Source of the DNA: Felis catus
Lineage: Eukaryota
Reading direction: 5' to 3'
Length of the DNA: 64,000 nucleotides
Assembly: GCF_018350175.1 (NCBI RefSeq)
Contig: NC_058368.1
Location: 95,048,001 to 95,112,000 of the forward strand
Shown here: positions 1 through 11,672 of the stretch, in pieces
Numbering within the stretch: the stretch's first letter is position 1
How the letters are laid out: every line of letters starts with the position of its first letter
Notes under the pieces: model-generated
Told to the model about the DNA's origin: nothing
The model's database searches: none
Seen by the model: the letters and a program-made list of their open reading frames with translations, nothing else
Translations under genes and position numbers: made by a program

Positions 1-1884
1 TGGCGGGAGGGGGGTGGGGGGGGGAGGGAGCTCTCAGTAGAAGCTCAGAATATTGCTATTAGTTCGTTCGAGGTGCGGATTATGTGAGTTCTTTTCGTAT
101 TACTCTCCCTAGTTTTCTGTACATCGGTAATTTCATTAAAAATGAAACAGAGGGCAAAAATAACGGGCCTAAATTGGAGGCACTTTCCTGTCACCCTTAG
201 AAAGATATCTACAGAGTGACGTTGCAGAGAGCGAACTAGAGACATGAGTGTCTGAAGTTTTCCACGAACCTTTGTCAAAATCCTGAGCTGATTTAAGCTA
301 AAATAGAGCAATTTCTGGCCTTTGACAGGACGCGTCTCCCCAATAATTTCTCCTCTGTTTGCTCTCAGTGTAGTCAATGGAAAGCAGGCTCTCCCAGCCA
401 CAACCCTCACCTTGCTGCTCTTCCCTGGGCCTGGGATTTGCCCCAGGCATAGCTGGCTGCTGGGATAGTGTTCTTTCCCCTTCTGGAGTGGAAGCCGGCT
501 TCAAACATGGCTCAGAGAGAAATGGAATCCACCTGCAAGCCTCCTCCTTTGAGCTCTGAACAACAGCCCCAAATAACAACATCACCAGTCACAGATGATT
601 GACACTTTGAGCCCTACAAATTTTTATTGCTTTTTTTTTTTTTTGGTAGAGCAGTCTCCAGATCAGGCAGCGGAAACCATTTTCTTGAACTAACCTTGTT
701 GCATCAGGTTCTCTGGTGTTTGCTGCTAGCATGCTAGCTTTCATTCTTCCTATTCCTTGTTTCTTTCAGTGAGGTCCGATGCTCTTCCAGTAACGTGAAA
801 GCCAAAACTAGACTTTGTAGTTGACTACAAGCTTCTCATTGTATATAGAGAAACATAATATCATTTCAGGATCTGCTCCATAATAAAGCGCGCTATTCCT
901 GGCTGGTTCTTATCATCAGTGAAATATCTACATACACAGTGGGTTATCTGTGTGTCTACGTCTAGACATATCCAGGACAGACATGAGATGGAAGCATTAT
1001 CCCTGGAGTTTCCTCAGTTTTCTTATAGTCTTTAGGAAATTCATTTCATTTATTAAAAAGAAAAACAAATTCTCTTTATGTCCTAGGGAACCGGATGAAA
1101 ACTGCAAATTTAAAGTTAAATACATTTAAATTTATTGTTGCATTTGGTAGACATTGCTGAATTTCTGAAACGAATGATACCTTTATTGCCTTTGTTCATA
1201 TTCTTTATTAGGCTGGCTTGATTTACTTAGAACAGGTATCCGTTTGAATTGGGGTAGAGAGAGCACCACTTTCTGGCTGCTTTTCAAATCAAGCCAAAAC
1301 TGGTGATAACACTCCCTGTCATCGTTTATTTATAATGTGAAATCCTACCCTCAAAATTAATAACTATTTTCAAACATCCTGAAAATATGCTTCCTTAAGG
1401 CCAGAAAGACTAAGTTCCAGGAAATTACGGGTTTGTTTAAATTTCTCTGCCACTTAATGACTCGATTCCTTACATAGGTGACTTAAAGTTCACTGCACAG
1501 AAACAGATTTAAAAAGTCCTGTTCATTGAGATGAAGGTGGTTGGCATCTGGATGAACTATTTTCATAGCAGTAGTTGTCTTGAAAAATGCCTCACTTTTT
1601 CTTAAGTTTAAAGAAAAACAAGATTTGGTTTTCTGTTTCTTAGATCTAGATGAAGCAAGTCAGTTTTGAATTATAGGTATACACTCCCTTATTTGCGATT
1701 ACAAACGAAACCAAACCAAGAGAACAGACCCACTGGAAAACTTACAAGTTTTTCCCCATTTATTTGGTGACCAAATTTGACCCAAATTGGCATGACACCA
1801 TTTATAGTCTTTATTTATTCTTGTTAGTATGAATACTTACACATGTCGATGCAAAAAACATTTTTTTTTTTTTTTTGCAGAAGG

Positions 1885-2455
1885 GATTTTAAAATTGAAA
1901 TGTAGTTAACATACAGTGCTGTATTAGTCTCAGGTATGTGACATGATTCAACAGTTCTAGACATTTCTCAGTGCTCACCATGATAAGCATAGTCACCACC
2001 TTCCATCAAACAACATTACTGGCAATCTTATTGGCCGTATTCCCTGTGCTCTACTTTTCAGCTCTGTGACTTAGTTATTTTGTAACTAGAAGTATATACC
2101 TCTTAATCCCCTTTATCTATTTCACCTCCCCCATTCCCACCCCCTCTGGCAGCCACCAGTTTGTTCTCGGCATTTAAGAGCCTTTTCTTGTTTGTTTTGT
2201 TTAAATCCCACATAGGAGTGAAATAATATGATATTCGTCTTTCTGTCTGACTTACTTCGCTTAGCATCATACTCTCTGGGTCCATCCATGTTGCAGTTGG
2301 AAAGATTTCATTCTTTTTTTTTTTTATGGCTGAGTGATACTCCATTGTGTGCGCGTGCGCGCGCGTGTGTGTGTGTATACACACATCTTTATCCATTCAC
2401 CTCTGGGTGGACACTTGGGCTGCCTCCATATCTTGGCTATTGTAAATAATGCTCC
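1885..2455 (-). mobile_element. L1 3' fragment (older carnivore/L1MA type)
   Basis: Typical L1 ORF2 end and 3' UTR text; ORF 2103..2396 contains EYHSAIKK..EIFPTATWMDPESMMLSEVSQ. Confidence 0.9.
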
Positions 2456-2637
2456 ACTGCAAACAGTGTTAATGGCTTGGTTACTGGATGTTGCCCCCCC
2501 TGGGGTATATGTCCCATGTCACTTTTCTAAAATATGAAAAATTAAAAATTCTCAAACACATCTATTGCAAAGGTTTTGAGAGAAAGACTGCAAAACTATA
2601 TTCCTTTGTCCCTGAAGAGATTAAAAACAGGATGAAA

Positions 2638-2849
2638 GGGGCGCCTGGGTGGCTCAGTCAGTTAAGCGTCCGACTTCAGCTCAGGTCATGGTCTCGTGGT
2701 CCATGGGTTCGAGGCCTGCGTTGGGCTGACAGCTTGGAGCCTGGAGCCTGTTTCGGATTCTCTGTCTCCCTCCCTCTCTCTCTCTGCCCCTATCCTGCTG
2801 ACACTCTGTTTTTCTCTCTTTCTCAAAAATAAATAAACATTAAAAAAAT
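2638..2849 (+). mobile_element. Can-SINE (SINEC_Fc type)
   Basis: ggggcgcctgggtggctcag head, (CT)n, A tail, TSD aaaaacaRgatgaaa. Confidence 0.95.
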
Positions 2850-4331
2850 AAAAACAAGATGAAAAATAAGGGCAAAGGAGGTGCTTTACAGCATGATTCC
2901 CAGCACCAGCTTTGCTAAACCCAGGAGTTCTCTAATATCCCAGGTGTGCTGTGAGGGGCTCGCAATGAAAAAAATGTAGTCTCATTTCCTCTTTTTTTTA
3001 AAAAATGTGTATCCTATTATACTTGAAACAATAATTCAGAGGTTAGGAATTGCTGACTGAGCCACCTCATCTTGATTTCCTCCGTTCTGTGCTCATAGTG
3101 ACGGGTTCCTGTCTATACATGGGGCTGACAAGAACAGGCTTCCATAGAATGAGTGCAGCGGGGTGATCTTGGTAGAGAGGGTCGCAAGGACTGGTGGGTG
3201 AGCAGTGGCATCTACCACTGGGGCGAGTGGTAGCCTCACCTGGGGCAGCAGCACCCCTCGCCCCGTCTGGGTGAGCTTCATTTTCCTTCCCACCCGCCAG
3301 CCAACGACCCCCTTCTCTCTCTCTGGGTGTGTTAAAGGGGTAGACTTCACTGCCATTTCTGTGCAGTTGGGGGTGGTTTCTCCAAAGGAGCCTTCATAGT
3401 GTGTGCGGTCTCTAATCTTTCTCTCCCCTGTGGAATGACCCCGGCTAATGGCTTTTTCCAGTCCCTGTAATCAGAGGGAACTGTGGGCTGGCAGTTGCTG
3501 CTTGAGGTACTTGCCTTTAATTTTTAAATACCTGCAACTGTCCTTTCATAGATAACACCAGCCCACTGAAGGGCTCATTAATAAAGTGAAGCATTTGAAT
3601 TTCAAGAATATTTTGGGAGGACAGCTGTTATCTTGGGCAACAGGTGGGGTTTGCAGAGGGGGAAGGCATACTTCTTCTCTTCTTCCCTGAGAGTCTCCCC
3701 ACAAATTGTAGCCCCCCCCGCTGCCAATGGCCCACCTCGTTTTATTCTCACAACATGGGCACTGGGCATCAGGCACAATGCTGATCACTTCTACTTCTGA
3801 GCCAAAATGGAGGCGGATGGCTAATGGGACACAAAGTTAATGACGGCAATCCAGATTGTCTGGAGGGAAAACAGTCCATGGTTATCACCAATTGACCCCC
3901 CAATCTAAGAATGAGTGAATAAGTGAATGAATAAACAAATAAACTGCAAATCCCATAATTAATAGCATGGCAGGCAATCAGTATAATTACTGTCTGTGAA
4001 AGAGACCAGAATCAGGAGAAAGTGAAATTATCCAGGAAGCTTGAGTGTGACAGGCAGAAGCCAAAGGAAAGTGCTGAGGGTCAGACAAAAGAGAAGTGAG
4101 GAAACCCAGCCCAGCAGACGTGCCCAGGCGGCTGGTCACCCCAAGACAGCACAGGGATCCCTGCACGCACACACATGCACGGCTTTCTTGGGGAGGAAAT
4201 GGTGGCATGGGAAATGCATAAATGGCTCTGAAAAGCTACCCATCATCTGGTTACTGGAAAGCATAGAGGTCCATGTGGGTCATACAGGCTTTCTCTCTGG
4301 TAAGGATGCTAAGGTCTGAGTAGTGAGATGG

Positions 4332-4332
<1 letters not shown>

Positions 4333-4374
<42 letters not shown>
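4333..4374. repeat. (CA)n microsatellite
   Basis: About 20 perfect units. Confidence 0.97.
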
Positions 4375-4376
<2 letters not shown>

Positions 4377-5239
4377 AGAGCTGTAGAACACCTGGAGAGG
4401 GACTAATGCATGAACTTCTTTTTGAAAGGGAGAGTCCCCAGGTTCACTGTGAATAAGTAAAAGACTAAGGCAGAATCATTTTCTACTCAAATGGTGATAT
4501 TCTTCCTGTTCAGTTAACATAGTCTTCAGTTCTCCAAAGAGTAAAAAAAGAAAAGTCATTCTGAAGTGTTATGCAAGAGTAGGCAGATGTGTTCCTCGCA
4601 TATCTATTTAATCAGCCCTTTCCAGCAGCACTAAGGCGTGGAAGAAAGGCAGAGGCTCCTCCAGAATTTTTAGTGAGGTGGGAACGAGGTGCTGTATGAC
4701 GCCCGGGCAGGATTACCTAGGCTCGGGCCCCATGTCACCATCTGGCATGAGGACATACCTCTTCCCTCACACTTTGTGAGGTGGACTTGGAGGCTGAGAC
4801 TCGTTCTCGGTAATTTTCCCCATTTTTCGCAAGTGGTTTTATTCCAAGGGGGCATTGTTTTTGTGTGTCACAGATTTGTTCCTTAACGTGTCGGGAGTTG
4901 TCAGTGGGAACGGGACACCCGAGATGACAGCATACAGGCGTGCTGGCAGGGAGAGAGGACTTGACTTTCAGCGTTTGGTTAAATGAGCAGCGGTCCCCCT
5001 TCACTCATGGATTCATCCATTTATTCCCTCAACAAATGGTGGAGTCTCCTGTGCAGGCAAGGCACGGAGCTGGGATGTGGGGGATCCTGAGATCAGGGAC
5101 TCAGTAGTGGGTTCTGCCCTTACAGAGCGCCCCCAGACTGCCTTGGGAGGCAGCATCGGGTCAGCAAAAGTAGAGAGCAGCGTAAACATAAAATACTTCA
5201 AAGGGATGGAGAGGTAACATCTAGATATTGATTTTATCA

Positions 5240-5870
5240 CCAAACACATGCCATATCTAGCCACCTCTCTACTCACTCCCTATGATGGTCTTTCAAAAGC
5301 GCAGTCAGGTCCCACCCTCCGCTGCATAAATTCTCTAGTGGCTTCTTACTGCTTTCACGGTGCAATTGAAACCGCCTCTCCTGGGTGCAGAAAGCACCCC
5401 CTATGTCCCCCAACCCCATCTGGTTCCATTCCACCATTCCACACTCTCCTCCATCTGACCGACCTGGTTTTCCTGGTTTTCCATTCCTGCCTTCTGGACC
5501 CAGACCTGCGGCTCGCCCCCTGCACCACCTGGAACATTCTCCCAGTCTTCAGACAGTGGTTTCACCTTTGTCGTTCAGAAGTCAGTGAAAATGTCCCTTC
5601 CCTAACAGACCTTTCCTGACCTCGGAAAGCAACCCAATGCCTTTTTTTTTTTTTAATCACATTCTTCCAAATTTCTGTAGCAGATTTATCCCTAGTTGGT
5701 ATTTCCACATTTATATTCTTATTTGATTTCATCTGTCCCACCCCCGAACACCAAATAGAATGTCACCTTGGTATGGACAAGCTTGTCTTGTTAGTCACGG
5801 TATCTCCATGTGCAGAAACAAAGCTTACTACACAGTGAACTTCTGACACATACTCATCAAATAATGAGTA
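5240..5870 (+). mobile_element. Degraded L2 3' portion
   Basis: L2-like text (cctggaacattctccc, ctttcctgacc, degenerate terminus). Confidence 0.6.
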
Positions 5871-5918
5871 CATGTTAACCCAAGAAAGAGCATCAGAACA
5901 ACTTCTGACAAACCAGAA

Positions 5919-6100
5919 GGGGCACCTGGGTGGCTTAGTCAGTTAAGTGTCCAACTTTGGTCAGGTCACGATCTTGCAGTTTGTGGGTTCGAGCCACGCG
6001 TTTGGGCTCTGCACTGTCAGTGTAGAGCCTGCTTCAGATTCTGTCTTGCTGTGCCCCTCCCCTGCTCATGCTCTCTCTCTCAAAAATAAACAAACAAAAA
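5919..6100 (+). mobile_element. Can-SINE
   Basis: ggggcacctgggtggct head, CT stretch, A-rich tail. Confidence 0.93.
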
Positions 6101-7559
6101 GGTGGAGTCTCAAGGAGTGAGGATGGGTGTTTTTAGATACCTAGAGAAACCTGGAAGACAGTTATGAGGGTAGAGCTAAGATCAATAGGCAGAAACCATT
6201 AGGACATCATTGCTGCTCCAAATAATGTTTCTAGTAGTCCCAGTAACACAAACATGGACTGGCCTCCCCAGGGGGGTGGGAGGCCGGATGAGTGTTGAAG
6301 TAGAAGGAATATTGTCTGGGGCAGTCAGACATCGGATGTGGGGCTAGACCAGACAACATGTAAGGTCCCGATGGAAACCCTGATTGCCTCTGATTCTTGG
6401 ATCCTCTGACAAGTTCTTCCTCCCACGTACTGAGGAAGCACTGCTTAGAGCAGGAAACCACAGATGGTCCAGGAAAATCCTGCTGTTGACTCAAGCTTTT
6501 GCTGGAGGCTGCCCATATAGCTCTGTGGATGAAATAGCCTGCCTGGAATCAAACAACCAAAAAGAAAGTCCTCAGGCTTTGGCAGGGCCTCATTCATTCA
6601 GGATCCCAGTTTGACCAGCTTGTGTAGAGATAGGTCGGTTGCAAGGCCAGAGATGGCGGTAACCTAACGAACGTGATGGGCACCCACCCAAGGCCTTCTA
6701 GGGTGGGAACGTCCAGCATCCATACTGCCCCACCTCGTCTCATCTCTGCAAGGCTCAGAGGAGGTCTTGCAGTGTGGGATACGAAGTTAAGTTCTGGTGT
6801 GTGGCCTTCCTGGGGGTGAATGTCATCCACTGGCTTGTTACTAAGGCTCTATTGCCAATGACATACAGACCCCAAGAGATGATATAACTGCACTCTTGCC
6901 TCAAATCCCTTCCCGGTGACTCATAACTTTCTCCTGACACCAGAACAGCTGGGCCAGCCAGCTGGAGAGAACACATACAGATGTTACTGGCCGGGGCTGG
7001 AGGGGGCTATGGGGCGCTCATCTGTGCAGCCAGCCCACAGTGGGCCTCAGCGGGCTACAGAGTGAGGTGTTTCTCCCTTCACAAGATGCAGGCGGGACGT
7101 CGGCTGGGTCGTGGCCTGACTATCATCCTTCAGCACATGGTCTTTTCAGCACAGTGCATTGCAGCTCTTTTTCTTCTGCAACTCAGAGAAGTTTTATTTC
7201 TTTGGGGAATAGCAGATCCTTGAGCCAGTCCAGCTGGAGAAGGTATGAGAGATAGTACTTTGGCCAGAACGTACCACCCACCCGGATATCTGGGCTCAAA
7301 ACAGATCTCAAAATAGGGAATGTGTGAAAAGTTCAGAAGTTACGGGAGGGGGTAGTGGAGGTGGGGGGTGGGGCAAAAGAAAGAGATGATCTTTGTTTCT
7401 GGAAAAGAAAAAAGGATTTAAAGCAAAGACATAAAACTAGATGAGTTGATTGTACACCAGAAAACCTGAAATGTGTATGTGTAGAATCCTCAGTACAAAT
7501 GCCATGCTTAGGCAACATCTTGCACGTTGAAAGTCCTTGCTAAATATTTGTTGAATTAA

Positions 7560-7784
7560 AAAAAATTTTTTTTAAGTTTATTTATTTACTTAGAGAGAGG
7601 GAGCACGAAAACACAAGTCGGGTAGGGGCAGAGAGAGAGAGAGAGAGGGAGATAGAATTCCAAGCAGGCTCTGCACTGTCAGCCCGGAGCGTGACGCGGG
7701 GCTTGAACTCACGAACTGTGACATCATGACCTGAGCCAAGATCAAAAGTTGGACACCCAAATGACTAAGCCACCCAGGTGCCCC
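7560..7784 (-). mobile_element. Can-SINE
   Basis: Ends ...gccacccaggtgcccc; TSD taaatatttgttga at 7541-7554 and 7785-7798. Confidence 0.95.
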
Positions 7785-8921
7785 TAAATATTTGTTGATT
7801 TTGACTCAAGAGGCTTTGGGTATTTTTAAATATACCACCTTGCGTTCTATGGTGATTGTGAAAGGGGCATTTTTTAAAATGCAAATTTAAATCCACCCCA
7901 AGACTGATTTTTTAAGTGTTGTGAATATTTCATTTCTGCCATACAAGCAGCTAGTAGCACAGGTTTGTCTATGAAAGAGGGGGACTGGAGGTCACCTGTG
8001 GGAAATGGACTCACTTTTTGTGTTGTACTCTTGTAGTTTTTAAAAAATTCGTTCCTTGTGCATGCATTTCATTTGTGGGGGGGAACCCCAAAGCTAGTTA
8101 TTTCTTAAAAATCTGTGTCTCCCGAGGCAAACCCAGGACTCAGGCCTCCTGCTACATGCCATTTCCCAGAATTTTCCCTAGGACCTCTCTGCCTTCGTAG
8201 TCTGCTCAGCCAGTGATAATATTCTGGAATACAGGATGAGAGTGAGGGGCGTTTACGGGCATTGTGGTGTCTGTAGAGATAACTTTGTGAATTTTATCTG
8301 TGACACAGATGGATACATACGGTGGCTCGTAGTTTACCCAACACCGTGAACCCGCCTGCCTGCACGCCATATGAATGTCTGCCTAATTTATTAGCTTTCA
8401 AATAAAAATGTAACCAACTTAGAAAGGCAGGGCACAGTGAGGTCAAATTCAAAGAATGGAAAGAGCTCAAAGCAACTATCCTTCATATTTTCTACAAACA
8501 AGACTCCAGTGCTGAGTATGGGAACCTGATTTTCCCTCTATTTGCATGTTCATTTCCGGGCAGGCTCCTACCCACCCCACCCCCCATGTCCTTTGGCGTC
8601 CATGCCCTTTCTTGGCGTTCACCTCCCATGTCACAGGAAGGCCAAAGGCGGCTTCTGGAGCATCCCTAAATGATGTCGGGCTTTTTAGAAGCAGAATGGG
8701 TGTTCTCTTCTGGGAGTGGTCACCTTAGACTACATCAGAATGACTGTTGCCAGAGAGGAGGGGACATTGACTAGAGTAGAGAGAAAATAAGACTTCAGCA
8801 ACAGAGCAAAGAGGGCACTGTATTGGAATATGATCAGGGAAAAGCATCCTTCGTTCTACCCCAACATCCCTTTCTGGGAGGTAAGCTATAAGGCACTCCT
8901 CCTTCCTCTTTCCTTTCCACT

Positions 8922-8922
8922 G

Positions 8923-8953
<31 letters not shown>

Positions 8954-9172
8954 TAAACATTTATTTATTTTTGAGAGAGAAAGAGAGAGAGAGAGAGAGA
9001 CAGAGCATGAGTGGAGGAGAGGCAGAGAGAGAGGGAGACATAGAATCTGAAGCAGGCTCCAGGCTCTGAGCTGTCAGCACAGAGCCCGACGCAGGGCTCA
9101 AACCCACGAACTGTGAGATCATGACCTGAGCTGAAGACGGACGCTTCACTGACTGAGCCACCCAGGCGCCCC
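8922..9172 (-). mobile_element. Can-SINE with (GTTTT)n tail
   Basis: Full head ...gccacccaggcgcccc; TSD tcctttccact. Confidence 0.95.
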
Positions 9173-9451
9173 TCCTTTCCACTTCTGTACTCCACACTGA
9201 GCTAGGTGCTGAGCAGAGGGGGGCCAAAGGCTTATTTCTCCATTCTCCCCAGGGTCCTTTTCAACCACTGTGAAGTTGCTTCTCTCACTGGGGAGGGAGA
9301 CGGTGGTTTCAGAATCCAATTTCAGCTCCAGCTTGAACTGCAGAGGCAGGTGCTGCCCTTTGGATCATACGTGTTCCCTTTTCCTCACCCCACCCGCGTA
9401 TGCCTCTCTGTGCACAACTAAGTGCAAACACATACCATACTGTGAGTATAA

Positions 9452-9632
9452 ACCGGTGTTTTCCAAACTCGCCTGTACTTTGAAATCTCCTAGAGAGCTT
9501 TGCAAATCAAAGGTGCCTGTGTCCCACACCCAGAGATTGTGACTGCATTCGTCTGGGGGTATGGCCTGGGCTTTGGAAATTTTCGTAGATCCCCAGGTGA
9601 TTGTAGTAAGCAGACAAGTTGGGCGCTGCTGA
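9452..9632. mobile_element. MER5-like hAT-Charlie MITE
   Basis: ggtgttttccaaact...cccagagattgtgact...tccccaggtgatt pattern. Confidence 0.7.
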
Positions 9633-10525
9633 TATAAACAAATGGGATCCAAATTACAATCCTAATCCTTCAATTTCAGTGCCTTCAGCTCTGCTCAGGG
9701 ATAACTGATCATGATTCAAAAAACTTGTGCCAGCTGCATGGCGTGGCTTTTAAAATACCTAAGTCTATTTTGTGCCCACCTGCCCTCATGCCAAACCACT
9801 AAGAAAATATAATTTGATCCATTAAAAATGACAGGGAGCAAGGAAGAGACTTCTAGCATGGGGCTTATGATGTATTTTTAATGTAAACACGGACAATAGG
9901 TAGGTTCTCTTTTATGACAGAGTTGAAATAAAACAGACCTCATTAGCCCCCTCCCCCCAGCCCCCCCAGATGCTGTGGAGTAGAGGCCATGTGAGTACTG
10001 TGTTAGGAACCCTATCTCGCAGCCTTATCAAAACGGCTTTTCTTCTTCAACTGTGCCCTGGTAACCTGGGAAATATAAATTTTGATTACTGATTCCTGCA
10101 TTGTTAGTAACTGACGATATATCATCGGTAGCTGGTCACCAGTGTCAGCCCAGACTTAATTATCTTAGCTGAGGAGAAAGTAACCCCACGAAAGAACTGC
10201 TTTCCAATTAAAGCAGCATAGAATATGTGATTTGTCTCTCTGGTGATATTCAATTCATACTCCTTTTCATGATATCTGTATTGTCTTCTTTTCCTCATTA
10301 CAAGCTCACAGTTGTGAATCTTGGGTTCCCTTGCAAGAAACACATAAATATCAAGAGGGCAGCTGTCAGACCTTTAAAAAAATCATGAACAGTCACCACC
10401 AAAAATACAACAGTAATTACAGTTTCCACTAGCAAATGCTACAGTTAAGGTTAAAAACCTCTTTCAATATCGCCATTTATTTTTACAGGTTTCTAACCTC
10501 TGTAGAATGTATGATTATGTACACA

Positions 10526-10527
<2 letters not shown>

Positions 10528-10564
<37 letters not shown>
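10528..10564. repeat. (CA)n microsatellite
   Basis: Read directly. Confidence 0.97.
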
Positions 10565-10566
<2 letters not shown>

Positions 10567-10974
10567 TTAATTTAGATGATATTCTTTAGGGGTCACATGT
10601 TCTATGCTTTGTCTTAGCTGTTGTTTCAGTGACAAGGAAAATAGTTTTCTACTAGTACAAGAAACAATATTTCGGGTAGACACTTAGGCAAAACACCTAA
10701 CTCTTCATCTCCCTTGTCTTGTGTGTTTCTACTGCTGTTGTTCCTTCATTCCAACTAAATGTCTACCCACTTGCCTTTCTAGCTATTTCTTTATCCCAGG
10801 AGCAGGTACAAAAGTCCGTCTTCTCTGAGACCAACTCGACCCTGACCACTTTGTAAACACCGGCTTTGGAGTTTGGTGGTTTCAGAAAATAATTCCTGAG
10901 CACTTGCTGTGTGCCAGGCATGTTCTAGGCCCCGAGGCTTGCTCAGTGAACGATGGAGCTTATATTATAGTGGA

Positions 10975-11130
10975 TTTCCATCCTATTCCGTCTATTAGTG
11001 ACCACATGGCCTTGGGTTAGTTGATTTAATCTCTGTCAGCCATGGGTTCCTCCACTATAAAAGGGGGCTAACGGTGCTTTCTCTTCATACAGTTATTTTT
11101 AGGATTAAAAGTAAAGAGGCATGTAATAAA
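10975..11130 (+). mobile_element. MIR fragment
   Basis: MIR core-like (ccttggg..ttgatttaatctct..ttcctccactataaaagggg..aggattaaa). Confidence 0.6.
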
Positions 11131-11451
11131 CGTATGCTTCTGTTTTCTTCTCAGTCCCCTTTGAGCCTGAGGCTGGCATTTGGAAACTCTTACGTGTCCC
11201 CACATTTCAGCATTTTGGATTTTGTACACGTTCACAACACTTGTTTCCCCAAAACACTTTACCGTTGTTTGCTTTTCCCCTTAACCCCCAAACTTCCCAG
11301 CCACGGCCTTCTGCGTCTTATGTTGCTGACGCCCACATTTTGTTGCACTCATGGATGGCTGCCATTCTCAGATGACGGTACCTGCAGTTGGGTGCCTCAC
11401 CAAAACTTTACGGAAGTTTAAATTACTCGTTTCAGGAAGGGAGGGGTGCAC

Positions 11452-11672
11452 TTTTTTTTTTAAGTTTATTTATTTATCTTGAGAGCGAGAGAGAGAGCAC
11501 GAGCTGGGGAGGGGTAGGGGGAGAGGGGGAGAGAGAGAGACAGAATCCCCAGCAGGTTCCGTGAGACCAGCACAGAGCCCAATGCAGGGCTCAAACTCAC
11601 AAACCACGAGATCAATACCTGAGCGGAAACCAGGAATGGGACGCTTAACGGAGTGAGTCCCTCAGGCACCCC
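11452..11672 (-). mobile_element. Can-SINE
   Basis: SINE body; TSD ggaggggtgcactttt. Confidence 0.95.

Noticed and set aside
695..744. Short minus-strand ATG-to-donor unit (MKASMLAANTREPDAT) containing the 14-bp palindrome GCTAGCATGCTAGC at 725-738
   Set aside because: Too short to distinguish from chance; it is not the SEMA6A N-terminus.
8830..9227. ORFs with LSLSLS/ERERER tracts (also near 17.2, 22.2, 25.0, 42.3 and 44.1 kb)
   Set aside because: Translations of Can-SINE bodies and their (CT)n tracts.
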